From: Nitrospirae bacterium MYbin3 | GTDB taxonomy: Bacteria; Nitrospirota; Thermodesulfovibrionia; Thermodesulfovibrionales; Dissulfurispiraceae | Assembly (NCBI GenBank): GCA_002753335.1 | Contig: PEAD01000018.1 | Span: forward strand, 1 to 61,377 | Direction: 5' to 3' | DNA length: 61,377 nucleotides | Shown here: positions 20,034 through 29,311 of the stretch, piece after piece | Position numbering within the stretch: position 1 is the first letter of the stretch | How the letters are laid out: every line of letters begins with the position of its first letter | Position numbers and translations under genes: made by a program | Notes under the pieces: model-generated | The model's database searches: none | Seen by the model: only the letters and a program-made list of their open reading frames with translations | What the model was told of the DNA's origin: nothing

Positions 20034-21713
20034 GTGAGGCGGATATGTGTTTGCCTGTTATCTATTTTGCTTATTTCCCCTTCTGCTGTTTTAGCGAAAA
20101 AGCTTACTGGTTCGGTCGAGTTGTCTTATCAGAGGGATAAAGCTGTAGACAGTGGTTCGAAGACCCAAAGAACCACATTTACGCAGGACTATAAGGTTGA
20201 GTACAAGAGTTTTCTTTATACCCCACGTTTTCTGAACTATAAGATAGATGGTCAATTTAAAAGGGATATCTCAAAAGATATTTCTGATTTTGCTTCTTCA
20301 GGGGCACGCTCCGACAGTCCTTCTTTAAACTTCAGGCTTAATTTTCTTGAAGGTACAAGGTATCCGGTCTCGTTTTACAAAGAGCGGTTAACCGGCATGA
20401 CTGACAGCACCAGCGGAACATCAAGTACGATTACACGCACTAAGACCGATAGGTATGGCACGTATGGCAGTTATCGTTTCAACAGAAGCTCTTTGAAGAT
20501 GAAATACGACTTGCGTCAGGAGAGAACCACTGCAACTTCAACATCAGACACGGGTGGAGGCTCTTTATCTCAGGTCAGCAGCGGCAATTATGCTTTTGGT
20601 ATTGAGAGGTCTTTCGATGCCGGCAAGGTCAAAAATGCTGTAAACGCAAACGCCAACTATAATTATTCTCACACGAAGAATAAAGTTACTAATGAGTTTG
20701 ATGGAAATCATTCTTTTGATGCTTCTATTGCCGGGATAAAGCCTACCAAGAATTCGGATTTCAACATGAATGCAAACTATTCACATATCAACCCTTCTCA
20801 GATGACCACATACACAGGCAACCTGTACTATAATTACATCAAAAGCTCTAACTTTACCGTAAATTCATCCATGTATCTGAACCAGATGGTTGATAAAAAT
20901 ACAAACGTCAATTATTCAACATTGTATCTGAACTCGAGATACCAGATCAGTGATAACTTAAATTCAAGCCAGAATATAACGCTCTTTAGAAAATTGGGGA
21001 CAGGCAGCGAGACTAATGAGTCAGGCACAGTATCGATAGGTTATACCAAGTCAATATATGGTTTTGGTGTATATGCTAACAGTTCGGTCTTTGCATCGTC
21101 TATGCAGAAGAGCAGCGAATCCCACACAAATACCAGAACATATAACCTGAATACAGGTTTTTCGAGGACTGTGCCTGTTAAAACCGCTCAGGTAAGCTTC
21201 AGGGGATCGTATGCGATGGGAGGGGGGCATCCGGCAAGTCGATCTAAAACGTACAGTCTAGGCACTGGCGCATCATTGAGATTGATAAAGAATATGAATT
21301 TTCAGACAGCGCTTGATGTTACAGAAAGCGAGGTATATACGTCGTCTAGTTCCTCCTTAACTAAATCTGCTTCATCAACAAACAGTTTGTCATATACGGT
21401 TCCGCTTGGTCTTAAGGGAGCTGTCAACATAACTTTTGGAGCTAATTTTACGGAAGGCAATTTGCCTACAAGCACATACTCATCAAATCTGAATCTCTCT
21501 TATATCCTGTTAAGAGGGTTGGTTTTGAGATCCGATCTTGCATATAACGAAGATACCCGAGCCGAGGCTATAACCAAGTCTGTAGGCATGAATTTAGGTT
21601 ATGAACGCAAGCAGTTCAGGCTTTCATTCGATAACAGATTTGCACAAATATCTGACCATAACAATGTAAAATTTAATGTTTCCACAGCGCTTAGAGCAAC
21701 AAGGACTTTCTAG
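20034..21713 (+). CDS. Outer-membrane beta-barrel protein (porin-like)
   Basis: Signal peptide, amphipathic Y/F/N/S/T-rich strands, C-terminal Phe (ATRTF). Confidence 0.75.
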   Translation: MRRICVCLLSILLISPSAVLAKKLTGSVELSYQRDKAVDSGSKTQRTTFTQDYKVEYKSFLYTPRFLNYKIDGQFKRDISKDISDFASSGARSDSPSLNFRLNFLEGTRYPVSFYKERLTGMTDSTSGTSSTITRTKTDRYGTYGSYRFNRSSLKMKYDLRQERTTATSTSDTGGGSLSQVSSGNYAFGIERSFDAGKVKNAVNANANYNYSHTKNKVTNEFDGNHSFDASIAGIKPTKNSDFNMNANYSHINPSQMTTYTGNLYYNYIKSSNFTVNSSMYLNQMVDKNTNVNYSTLYLNSRYQISDNLNSSQNITLFRKLGTGSETNESGTVSIGYTKSIYGFGVYANSSVFASSMQKSSESHTNTRTYNLNTGFSRTVPVKTAQVSFRGSYAMGGGHPASRSKTYSLGTGASLRLIKNMNFQTALDVTESEVYTSSSSSLTKSASSTNSLSYTVPLGLKGAVNITFGANFTEGNLPTSTYSSNLNLSYILLRGLVLRSDLAYNEDTRAEAITKSVGMNLGYERKQFRLSFDNRFAQISDHNNVKFNVSTALRATRTF

Positions 21714-21753
21714 CGATGTATGATTAACAATACTTTAATTTTGAGGTGATTTT

Positions 21754-22794
21754 ATGAAAAGAAAAGGAATAATATTTTTTATAATTTGCATATCATTCTT
21801 TAGTCTCGGTATGGGGCCGCGGATTGACGAGGCCAAGAAGAGCGAGCCTTTGTTCTGGCCTCCACCTCCGTATGAGGCCAAAATAGAGTTTTTATACACA
21901 GTATCCAAGCCCGATGATATGCAGATTAAGAAGGGTTTCTTTCAGAAGATCAAGGAATTTTTAATTGGAGAAGAAAATGATGCTCTTATAAGGCCTTTTG
22001 GAATTGCGGTTGATGATGGAGGCAAGATTTATGTGACCGACAGGGCGAACAGTTCGGTCAGCATTTTCGATCCGAAAGAAAATAATTATTCTGTAATTGA
22101 GGGTTTAGGCAGCAGAAAATTCGAGTCTCCTTTGGGTATTGCTGTTGATGCGGATGGCAATGTTTATGTATCTGATTCTGTTCTTATGCGTGTTTATGTT
22201 TTCGACCCCAAGGGAAAGTTTCTTAAGGAGATAGGAGCGGGGAATATTCTTCAGCGACCTGCCGGGATAGCAATAAATAAGCAAGCGCGTCTGCTTTATG
22301 TGATAGATGTTCTTGAAAGTAAAATACATTTATATGGCCTTGACGGCACACATAAAAAGACAATAGGAGGTTTTGGCGATGGAGATGGGCAATTCAACCG
22401 TCCTACATCACTGTCTATAAGCAAGAATGGGAATCTTTATGTGGTTGATGCTATGAACAGCCGTATTCAGGTTTTGGACAAAGACGGGAAATTTATCTCA
22501 AAATTTGGCAAAAGAGGTGATATGTCGGGTTCGTTCGCAAATCCTCGCGGCATAGCTCTGGACAGTGATGGGAATATATATGTCACGGATACTCTATTTG
22601 AGGTGGTTCAGATATTTGACGGTAATGGAAGGTTGCTGCTAGTTTTTGGGCAGAGGGGGTTGCAGGCAGGGGAGTTCGCAATTCCTGCTGGTATTGCCAT
22701 TTCGAATGATGATATAATATATGTAGCTGACTCTTATAATCAGAGGATTCAGGTTTTTAAATATTTAAAGGCCGGATTAAAGAAAACCAAGTAA
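21754..22794 (+). CDS. NHL-repeat beta-propeller protein
   Basis: FWPPPPYEAKI and six NHL repeats; paralogous to 17977..19035. Confidence 0.9.
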   Translation: MKRKGIIFFIICISFFSLGMGPRIDEAKKSEPLFWPPPPYEAKIEFLYTVSKPDDMQIKKGFFQKIKEFLIGEENDALIRPFGIAVDDGGKIYVTDRANSSVSIFDPKENNYSVIEGLGSRKFESPLGIAVDADGNVYVSDSVLMRVYVFDPKGKFLKEIGAGNILQRPAGIAINKQARLLYVIDVLESKIHLYGLDGTHKKTIGGFGDGDGQFNRPTSLSISKNGNLYVVDAMNSRIQVLDKDGKFISKFGKRGDMSGSFANPRGIALDSDGNIYVTDTLFEVVQIFDGNGRLLLVFGQRGLQAGEFAIPAGIAISNDDIIYVADSYNQRIQVFKYLKAGLKKTK

Positions 22795-22861
22795 ATGGTC
22801 TGTTTTTTGCATGATTTATTAATGTAGGATTGTTCCCTAACAACGGAGGGCATATTTCTTA

Positions 22862-25003
22862 ATGAAAAATTTTATTAAAATATCGGTCCTTTTTGTTATG
22901 CTAGGTATTTCTGCAATATGTTTTCCCGCAGGTGGGCAGTTCATATCAAATACAAAACACAATCTTTCTAAAAGTGGGAGTTATTCTATAAAGTCCGGAG
23001 CAGAAACCGAGATATGCGTGTTTTGCCATATACCTCATGGTGCAAAAGCCGCGATTCCGCTGTGGAGTCAGGAGATGACAACTTCTTCCTATACTGCCGG
23101 CCAACTTTATGACAGCGACTATTTATACAGATTTGGATATACTCTTCCTACGACTCTCGGCTCTCTTCCGAATGAAGCCGGATATATATCGCGTTTATGT
23201 CTTTCTTGCCATGATGGAACAGTAGCTTTAGGCTCTGTTACTATGCTCCGAGGCATCAGCGCCACACCGGGGACGCCTATTATCGGTGATGTTAGCGGTA
23301 CAGGAACAACAGCACATTATCTTAGCGCTCAGTCTTCTGCCTACATTGGTACGAACCTTAAGGATGATCATCCGATTGCTATTCAATATGATGCAACAAA
23401 GACCAAGTCTTTCGGGAGCGGTACTAGAACAATAGAACTGAACAATAGTGCGCCTTCTATAAATCCTTCACCCCCTTATCCTAGAGTTCAGTTGCACAAG
23501 CCTTCGGGAGGAAATGTGCAGGGGCATGTTGAATGTACATCCTGTCATGACCCCCATAATGACACAAACGGCCAGTTCCTTGCTGCTGCTAAGCTGAACG
23601 GTACTCTATGTACCACATGCCACCAGAAAGCGGGATGGGGTGCTAGTATTCATAAGACATCGGGGGCTGCTATTAATAACCCCGGTGGTGACAACATGAC
23701 AATACCGGGAAATACTCTGGCTGAGGCGGCTTGTCTTGCCTGCCATAAATCACATTCAGGCAATGGCACCCCTTATCTTTTGAGAAAAATAGAGGAAAAT
23801 TCGTGCTTTAACGGAACATCTACATCTTGTCATAGTTCTTCTGCAACCACAACTAAAAATATCGAGTCGGTAATCACAAAGACATATAAGCACCCGGCTA
23901 CAACCATTGGCGGTGTTCACACAAATTTGGATGTGCTATATCCTACCGGGGGAACTCCAGCAGGAAGTAAAGGTCTGCAATGGTCCGACTCTAAACATTC
24001 AGAATGTGTTGACTGCCACAACCCGCATAAGGCGTCGAATACTCCTGCCCGTCTTGCTGGAGGGTCTTGGTATCCTGCTTCTGTTGACAGCACATCTAAT
24101 CAAACCGCCAAGTCAGGCGCATTGATTGGGGTTACAGGAATAGATCCCGGCGTTTCTGCCGGTGGAAGTACGACGGTTTCTACCCCAGCATCATGGCCTG
24201 CAAAATGGACACAGGTTTCAACATACAGGACCCTCGAATCAGCAGGTCTTGAGTATCAAATCTGTCTTAAGTGCCACTCATCATATGCTCTAGGTAATGC
24301 AAGCTCAACCCCAATATCCACTTATTCCAGTCTTTCGGACCCTACAAACGTTTATTTTACTGATGTTGCGTGGGAAATAAATCCGAACAATATGTCGGGA
24401 CACTCATTGGTAACAGGCTTGAGCAATTTCCCTAATGCAAGTGCGCCCAAAGCCTTGAGTGCTGCACAGATGAAGAGTCCATGGAATACGAGTCTTGGCA
24501 CACAAACTATGTACTGCAGCGACTGTCATGGAGCCGATGCCGAAACTTCTACAGACACTAAAGGCCCTCATGGGTCAAACAGGAAGTTTATGCTTAAAGG
24601 GGCAGGGCAGTACTGGCCTAAAAAATCGGATTATGCTACTTATTGGAGGCTCAATATAACAGATGGCGCTGATGCTAATATGTTTTGCAATAACTGTCAT
24701 CCTGTTTATTCAGGTGCTTGGCAAAATAACGTGCACTCATCTGCCACTCATGTAGCAAATAATTACGCTTGTGTTGAATGCCACGTGGTTGTTCCTCACG
24801 GCACAAAGAGATCTAGGCTTATCGGATATTCGTACAATGTGTCTGATACGGCTACGATTAAGCCCTATAATGACAACAACAGCATGATTAAGATCCAAGG
24901 ATTCAAGAAAGCAGCTGGCCCGACATCGTATATAAAAACAGATTGTGTTACAACCTGCCATACCCCGAATGGGACTAATTGCGGTAGCTCATGCGATCCA
25001 TAG
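22862..25003 (+). CDS. Large multiheme cytochrome c (10 CxxCH plus CX7CH and CX3CH) with OmcE-like N-terminal module
   Basis: CVFCH, CLSCH, CTSCH, CTTCH, CLACH, CVDCH, CLKCH, CSDCH, CNNCH, CVECH; CFNGTSTSCH; CVTTCH; signal peptide. Confidence 0.92.
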   Translation: MKNFIKISVLFVMLGISAICFPAGGQFISNTKHNLSKSGSYSIKSGAETEICVFCHIPHGAKAAIPLWSQEMTTSSYTAGQLYDSDYLYRFGYTLPTTLGSLPNEAGYISRLCLSCHDGTVALGSVTMLRGISATPGTPIIGDVSGTGTTAHYLSAQSSAYIGTNLKDDHPIAIQYDATKTKSFGSGTRTIELNNSAPSINPSPPYPRVQLHKPSGGNVQGHVECTSCHDPHNDTNGQFLAAAKLNGTLCTTCHQKAGWGASIHKTSGAAINNPGGDNMTIPGNTLAEAACLACHKSHSGNGTPYLLRKIEENSCFNGTSTSCHSSSATTTKNIESVITKTYKHPATTIGGVHTNLDVLYPTGGTPAGSKGLQWSDSKHSECVDCHNPHKASNTPARLAGGSWYPASVDSTSNQTAKSGALIGVTGIDPGVSAGGSTTVSTPASWPAKWTQVSTYRTLESAGLEYQICLKCHSSYALGNASSTPISTYSSLSDPTNVYFTDVAWEINPNNMSGHSLVTGLSNFPNASAPKALSAAQMKSPWNTSLGTQTMYCSDCHGADAETSTDTKGPHGSNRKFMLKGAGQYWPKKSDYATYWRLNITDGADANMFCNNCHPVYSGAWQNNVHSSATHVANNYACVECHVVVPHGTKRSRLIGYSYNVSDTATIKPYNDNNSMIKIQGFKKAAGPTSYIKTDCVTTCHTPNGTNCGSSCDP

Positions 25004-25101
25004 GTTTTTGTATTTTTTTTTCTTTTGTGTTATCTTTTAGAAGTCTTTTTTAGGTAATCAACTGCTGTTTTACGGCAGGTAATATAGCATAAGGGGGAAT
25101 T

Positions 25102-25701
25102 ATGGCTTTTTTTAAGTTTTTTGTTGTTATTGCAGTTGCCGTTCTTTTGCCGTTGAGCGCATTTGCAGCCGGCGGTCATGATGGTCTGGTTTGCACAGGA
25201 TGTCACAGTATTCACGTTGCAAAGGACTCTATTATTTTTGCTGTGTCTGCAAACAAATCGGATGTTAATCCCAAGACTAAACAGCAGTACACAGAAATAA
25301 CAGCGCTTTGTTTGGGTTGTCATCAGGCCCCTGACAAAGGCGGCATGGGCATTAAGCCTATTGCAGGCCACATGAGCCATCCATACGGCACAAAGAGCAT
25401 TAACTCAAAGGTTGCGCGTGTCCCTGATGAGCTTGTCAGAGATGGTAAATTTGATTGTATAGGCTGTCATGATCCACATCCGTCAAACACTTATTACAGA
25501 TATTTGAGAACTGATACGGCAAATGGTTCAAAGATGGATAGTTTCTGTGCGGTTTGTCATCCGATGAAGGCTGACCCCAAAGTTGCTGGCCAAAGACCGA
25601 GCTTTTTTGACAGTATGAACGAAAAACTGTTCGGTTCAATGACGGGAACATCTTCTGAAGCTCCAATTGCTACAAAGAGCGAAAAGACCAAAAAGAAGTA
25701 G
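25102..25701 (+). CDS. Tetraheme cytochrome c (doubled CXXCH type)
   Basis: Signal peptide; CTGCH, CLGCH, CIGCHDPH, CAVCH. Confidence 0.9.
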   Translation: MAFFKFFVVIAVAVLLPLSAFAAGGHDGLVCTGCHSIHVAKDSIIFAVSANKSDVNPKTKQQYTEITALCLGCHQAPDKGGMGIKPIAGHMSHPYGTKSINSKVARVPDELVRDGKFDCIGCHDPHPSNTYYRYLRTDTANGSKMDSFCAVCHPMKADPKVAGQRPSFFDSMNEKLFGSMTGTSSEAPIATKSEKTKKK

Positions 25702-25708
25702 AATATAT

Positions 25709-25752
25709 CCGTTTGAGTATCGCTCATGGTCTAATGAGCGATACTCAAACGG
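25709..25752. terminator. Perfect 19-bp stem-loop after the tetraheme cytochrome gene
   Basis: CCGTTTGAGTATCGCTCAT-ggtcta-ATGAGCGATACTCAAACGG; no U-tract. Confidence 0.55.
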
Positions 25753-25874
25753 TAAGAGTAGATATAATATTAAACATTTCAATAAGTTCTGTTTTTTTAT
25801 CCTGCAGTTGAATGAATCCTGAATTTTTCCTGTATTAAGTTAAGTAAATATAACAATGAGTTTTTTATCATAGA

Positions 25875-26015
25875 TGCGTGAATTTACGCAACGGTTTTTT
25901 AGCCTGTGCAATTTGTGTATGAAGAAATTTTAATATATTTATATTGATTTATAAGGTCTTTTTTATGAATGACTGCATTAAAAGCAAAATAATAAAATCA
26001 GGAATGTATTTTGCA
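25875..26015 (+). promoter_or_regulatory. Putative sigma54 promoter with upstream enhancer palindrome
   Basis: TGCGT-gaattt-ACGCA at 25875-25890; GG-AATGTATTTT-GC at 26001-26014. Confidence 0.55.
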
Positions 26016-26053
26016 TATATTATTATCGAGTTTAGAACAAGGAGGGCAAAAAA

Positions 26054-26839
26054 ATGAAAGTCGGAGCTAAAAAGAAAATACTAATAGTTGGGTTGATGAT
26101 TCTTTCTATGCTTGCCATGGCTGTTGTTGCCCAAGGTGGTGTTCTAAATTCAAAGCATGACCTTTCAAAGGCTGGCGGGACTATAGGAGTATGCTCTTTT
26201 TGCCATACCCCTCATCAGGCTAGTTCTGTAGTAGGTGCTGACGGAGTTATGGTAAAGCCACTTTGGAACAGATCGTTGCAATCTTTAAATACATATTCCA
26301 TGTATGACAGCCCTACTTTATCAGCACATCCCGGTGCAGGTACTGTTCCATCAACAGTTTCACTTATGTGTTTAGGCTGTCATGATGGCATAAGCTCATA
26401 TGCAGGCAGTGAATCTCCGGCGCAAAGCAAGCATGTTCTTTTGAATATCGGAGGCTCAAAATTTACTATGAACATTGCTGGTGGTTATGATGCTGATAGC
26501 AATGTAAATTGTAGAGGATGTCATGACTCTATGGCCACAAACCAAAACTTGAAGATGGGTTGGTGGTATAACGATGGGTTGGGTATTTATGAGAAAGATA
26601 CGGCATCAGGAATAGACCTTACTGATGACCATCCTATTTCGGTAAGCTATACAGCTGCAGCCACAGCGAAAGCTGGACAATTTGTGGCAGCAAGTGGCCA
26701 GCTGGTTGGTACGCTTCCTCTATACAATAGTAAAGTTGAGTGTGCCACCTGCCATGATCCTCATAAGACAACAAACGGGTATTTTCTCAGAACTACCAAT
26801 GCAGGCAGCGCTCTTTGTCTTACATGTCATATAAAATAG
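26054..26839 (+). CDS. OmcE-like multiheme cytochrome c with 5 CxxCH motifs
   Basis: SKHDLS, CSFCHTPH, PLWNR, SLMCLGCHDG, extra CRGCH, DLTDDHPI, LPLY, VECATCHDPH, FLRTTNAGSALCLTCH follow the motif order I recall for Geobacter OmcE. Confidence 0.85.
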   Translation: MKVGAKKKILIVGLMILSMLAMAVVAQGGVLNSKHDLSKAGGTIGVCSFCHTPHQASSVVGADGVMVKPLWNRSLQSLNTYSMYDSPTLSAHPGAGTVPSTVSLMCLGCHDGISSYAGSESPAQSKHVLLNIGGSKFTMNIAGGYDADSNVNCRGCHDSMATNQNLKMGWWYNDGLGIYEKDTASGIDLTDDHPISVSYTAAATAKAGQFVAASGQLVGTLPLYNSKVECATCHDPHKTTNGYFLRTTNAGSALCLTCHIK

Positions 26840-26989
26840 CCTGATGAAGGGCTGTTTATATATGACATGCTTGCAGTAAACTAAATTCAGTATCATTCTC
26901 CAACCGGCAACAATAATTCAATAATAATACTGTTTATATTTTTTCAACAACTCTGAACTGCTCTTAGGATTATAAGAAGAAAACTACTG

Positions 26990-28735
26990 CTAGACGGTCT
27001 TGTTTAGTGTTTTTCCGATGGTATTGTTCTGAGAAAACAGGTTTTGAGCGTCAAAAATAGAGCTTACTGAATTATGCAGCGCAGCAAAGGTTGCTTGTCT
27101 AACTTTTACTTTATTCATCAGCAATATCTGCTCTTTCTTGGATTGTGCCATTATCTCTTCGGCCTCATCGCGTTTCTCGGGAAGCAACGAGGTTATATGA
27201 TTATCAAGCTTGCGGTAAAGCGATAGTCCCATCTGAGTGGCAATATTGGAAACCCCGATAGAATCCTCCATAATGGAGTTTTTCAATTTCGTTTCGTCAA
27301 TAGTCATTTTGCCCTTGACATCAAAATTTATTCCGATATATGAGAGCGATTGCAGTCCGCTGCTCGTAACGGTCTTTTGATCTTTGATACCTTTTATAGC
27401 CTGTTCTATCTCTTCTAGTACAGCATCTCCTTTTAGTGCTCCTTCTGATTCATCACCTTCGCCAAGAGTTTTTATATAACTTATTGTGCTGTTGTAAGAA
27501 GAGGCAAACATTTTTAGGTTGCCTACCAGCATCATATTTGATACCGAAAGATCCAGCGTGGTAGGGCTGCTTGAATAAAATGGATCTCCCTTTATTAAGT
27601 TTAGGGTAACACCGCTGATTAAGTCAGAAATATTATTATTGGATCTCGTGTATTCTATGCCATCAACCTTAAGTGTTGAATTGATTGCTGCAGTAGATTG
27701 GCTCATGTTTGTAATTCCGCCAGTAGCATTAAAAGCAAGTGCAGAGAGCCCTGAGTTAGCAGACTCTATTCCAGCTTCGCTATAAGTACCGTCATTATTG
27801 ACATCTGCCTTGACTATAATTTTATTATCCGCACCTGTTGAGTTTGCGGTCAGCACGAGACTGTAGCCGGTGCCTAATACCGCATTGTCGCTTACGGCTG
27901 TGCTGCCTGCAGTAATAGACGTGTGATCTGCCGCACTAAAACCGAGCAGGCTTCCTGCTGTGGTTTCTGCATTTTCCCACAGGATATCAATAGTGTTAGA
28001 GTTAGTTGCATTATTTTTTATTGTAAATTTGTTTGTGGTGTCATCGTAACTGACTGTGTAGGTGTCATATCCGCCATTTGCGGATTCCAGAGCTGTCTTT
28101 ATAGCTTTTCCTAGTCCTGAGCTTGTGTAGGTGCCGGTAGCTATTGTTGCTGTTTTGGTGGTTCCTCCAAAATCAAACTTAATGGTATTGTTAGAGGCGT
28201 CAACAGTGAAGCCGCTGTTTTCTACAGTAGCGGTTACGCCTGCACTAGCGTTATTTATTGATTCTTTAATTCCGGTCAGAGTGTTATTGCTCGAATCAAC
28301 AGTTATTTCTTTAGCTGTACCGCTGCCTACCTGAATGTTAAGTTTCTGTGTTGCGTATGTGCCAAGGTCTGCTACAGCACTGCTCTGAGCTGCGTACACA
28401 CCCGAATTAATTGTCTGGGCTGTGGCTATATTACCCACTTGCACAGTATGGTTGCCGAAAGTGCTCCAGCCCGCAGCCGTAGCAGTAAGAAATGTCGAGT
28501 CCGATACCGTTGCGGATTTTAGCTCGGAGTTCATCTTTTTCAGTCTTTCTACCGTTGATTGAAAAATGGATAAATTGCCTAGAAGACCGCCATAAGATGT
28601 CATTTTAACCACAGCGTCGAGCTCTTTGCTTCTCAGTTTATTAAATTTAGCGATATCCCTTTGTATCAGGGCATCACTTGCCAGTTTGTTGGCTGTTGTT
28701 GTTCTTGCGTTAAGCAGACTAACTGTATTAATCAT
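26990..28735 (-). CDS. FliD-like flagellar cap protein, divergent and isolated from other flagellar genes
   Basis: FliD_N-like VQVGNIATAQ, TLTGIKESIN, YSLVLTANSTG; FliD_C-like VDGIEYTRSNNNISDLISGVTLNL, GKMTIDETKL. Confidence 0.8.
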   Translation of the reverse strand: MINTVSLLNARTTTANKLASDALIQRDIAKFNKLRSKELDAVVKMTSYGGLLGNLSIFQSTVERLKKMNSELKSATVSDSTFLTATAAGWSTFGNHTVQVGNIATAQTINSGVYAAQSSAVADLGTYATQKLNIQVGSGTAKEITVDSSNNTLTGIKESINNASAGVTATVENSGFTVDASNNTIKFDFGGTTKTATIATGTYTSSGLGKAIKTALESANGGYDTYTVSYDDTTNKFTIKNNATNSNTIDILWENAETTAGSLLGFSAADHTSITAGSTAVSDNAVLGTGYSLVLTANSTGADNKIIVKADVNNDGTYSEAGIESANSGLSALAFNATGGITNMSQSTAAINSTLKVDGIEYTRSNNNISDLISGVTLNLIKGDPFYSSSPTTLDLSVSNMMLVGNLKMFASSYNSTISYIKTLGEGDESEGALKGDAVLEEIEQAIKGIKDQKTVTSSGLQSLSYIGINFDVKGKMTIDETKLKNSIMEDSIGVSNIATQMGLSLYRKLDNHITSLLPEKRDEAEEIMAQSKKEQILLMNKVKVRQATFAALHNSVSSIFDAQNLFSQNNTIGKTLNKTV

Positions 28736-28855
28736 AATTGCCTCTTGGTTTAATTATAGCACTATGAATCTCTTTTGTTTAGTTATCGTGAAAAAGAATG
28801 CTTGGTTTAGCCGTAATTATTGAATAAATTCAGATAATTACATTATCATAAATTT

Positions 28856-29311
28856 ATGAAAACAAAAGGTGTTCCATATGTGGAGATATTTGCAGACGGC
28901 GCATGTAGCGGAAACCCCGGCCCCGGTGGCTTTGGTGCGATATTGAGGTCAGGAGAAAAGGAGAAGGAAATTTCGGGTTTCGAGCCTATGACCACAAACA
29001 ACAGGATGGAATTGACCGCTATTATTATTGCACTAGAATCTCTTAAGATGCCTTGCAGGCTTATAGTAACTACAGATTCGAACTATGTGGTTAAGGGTAT
29101 GAACGAATGGATTAATGGCTGGATCAAGAACAACTGGAAAAATTCTCAGAAAAAAGAGGTGTTGAACAGGGATTTGTGGGAAAGGCTTATCAAGGCTGCA
29201 AGACCGCATGATGTATCATGGAAATGGATAAAGGGGCATAACGGACATGCTGAAAATGAAAGGTGCGACCGTCTTGCTACAGAAGAAATAACGAGGAATA
29301 GAAAAAAATGA
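28856..29311 (+). CDS. rnhA: Ribonuclease HI
   Basis: [35 protein letters not shown]. Confidence 0.97.
   Translation: MKTKGVPYVEIFADGACSGNPGPGGFGAILRSGEKEKEISGFEPMTTNNRMELTAIIIALESLKMPCRLIVTTDSNYVVKGMNEWINGWIKNNWKNSQKKEVLNRDLWERLIKAARPHDVSWKWIKGHNGHAENERCDRLATEEITRNRKK

Noticed and set aside
25753..26053. GEMM (cyclic dinucleotide) riboswitch before the OmcE-like gene
   Set aside because: No recognisable GEMM stems; the region is AT-rich and better explained by a sigma54 promoter
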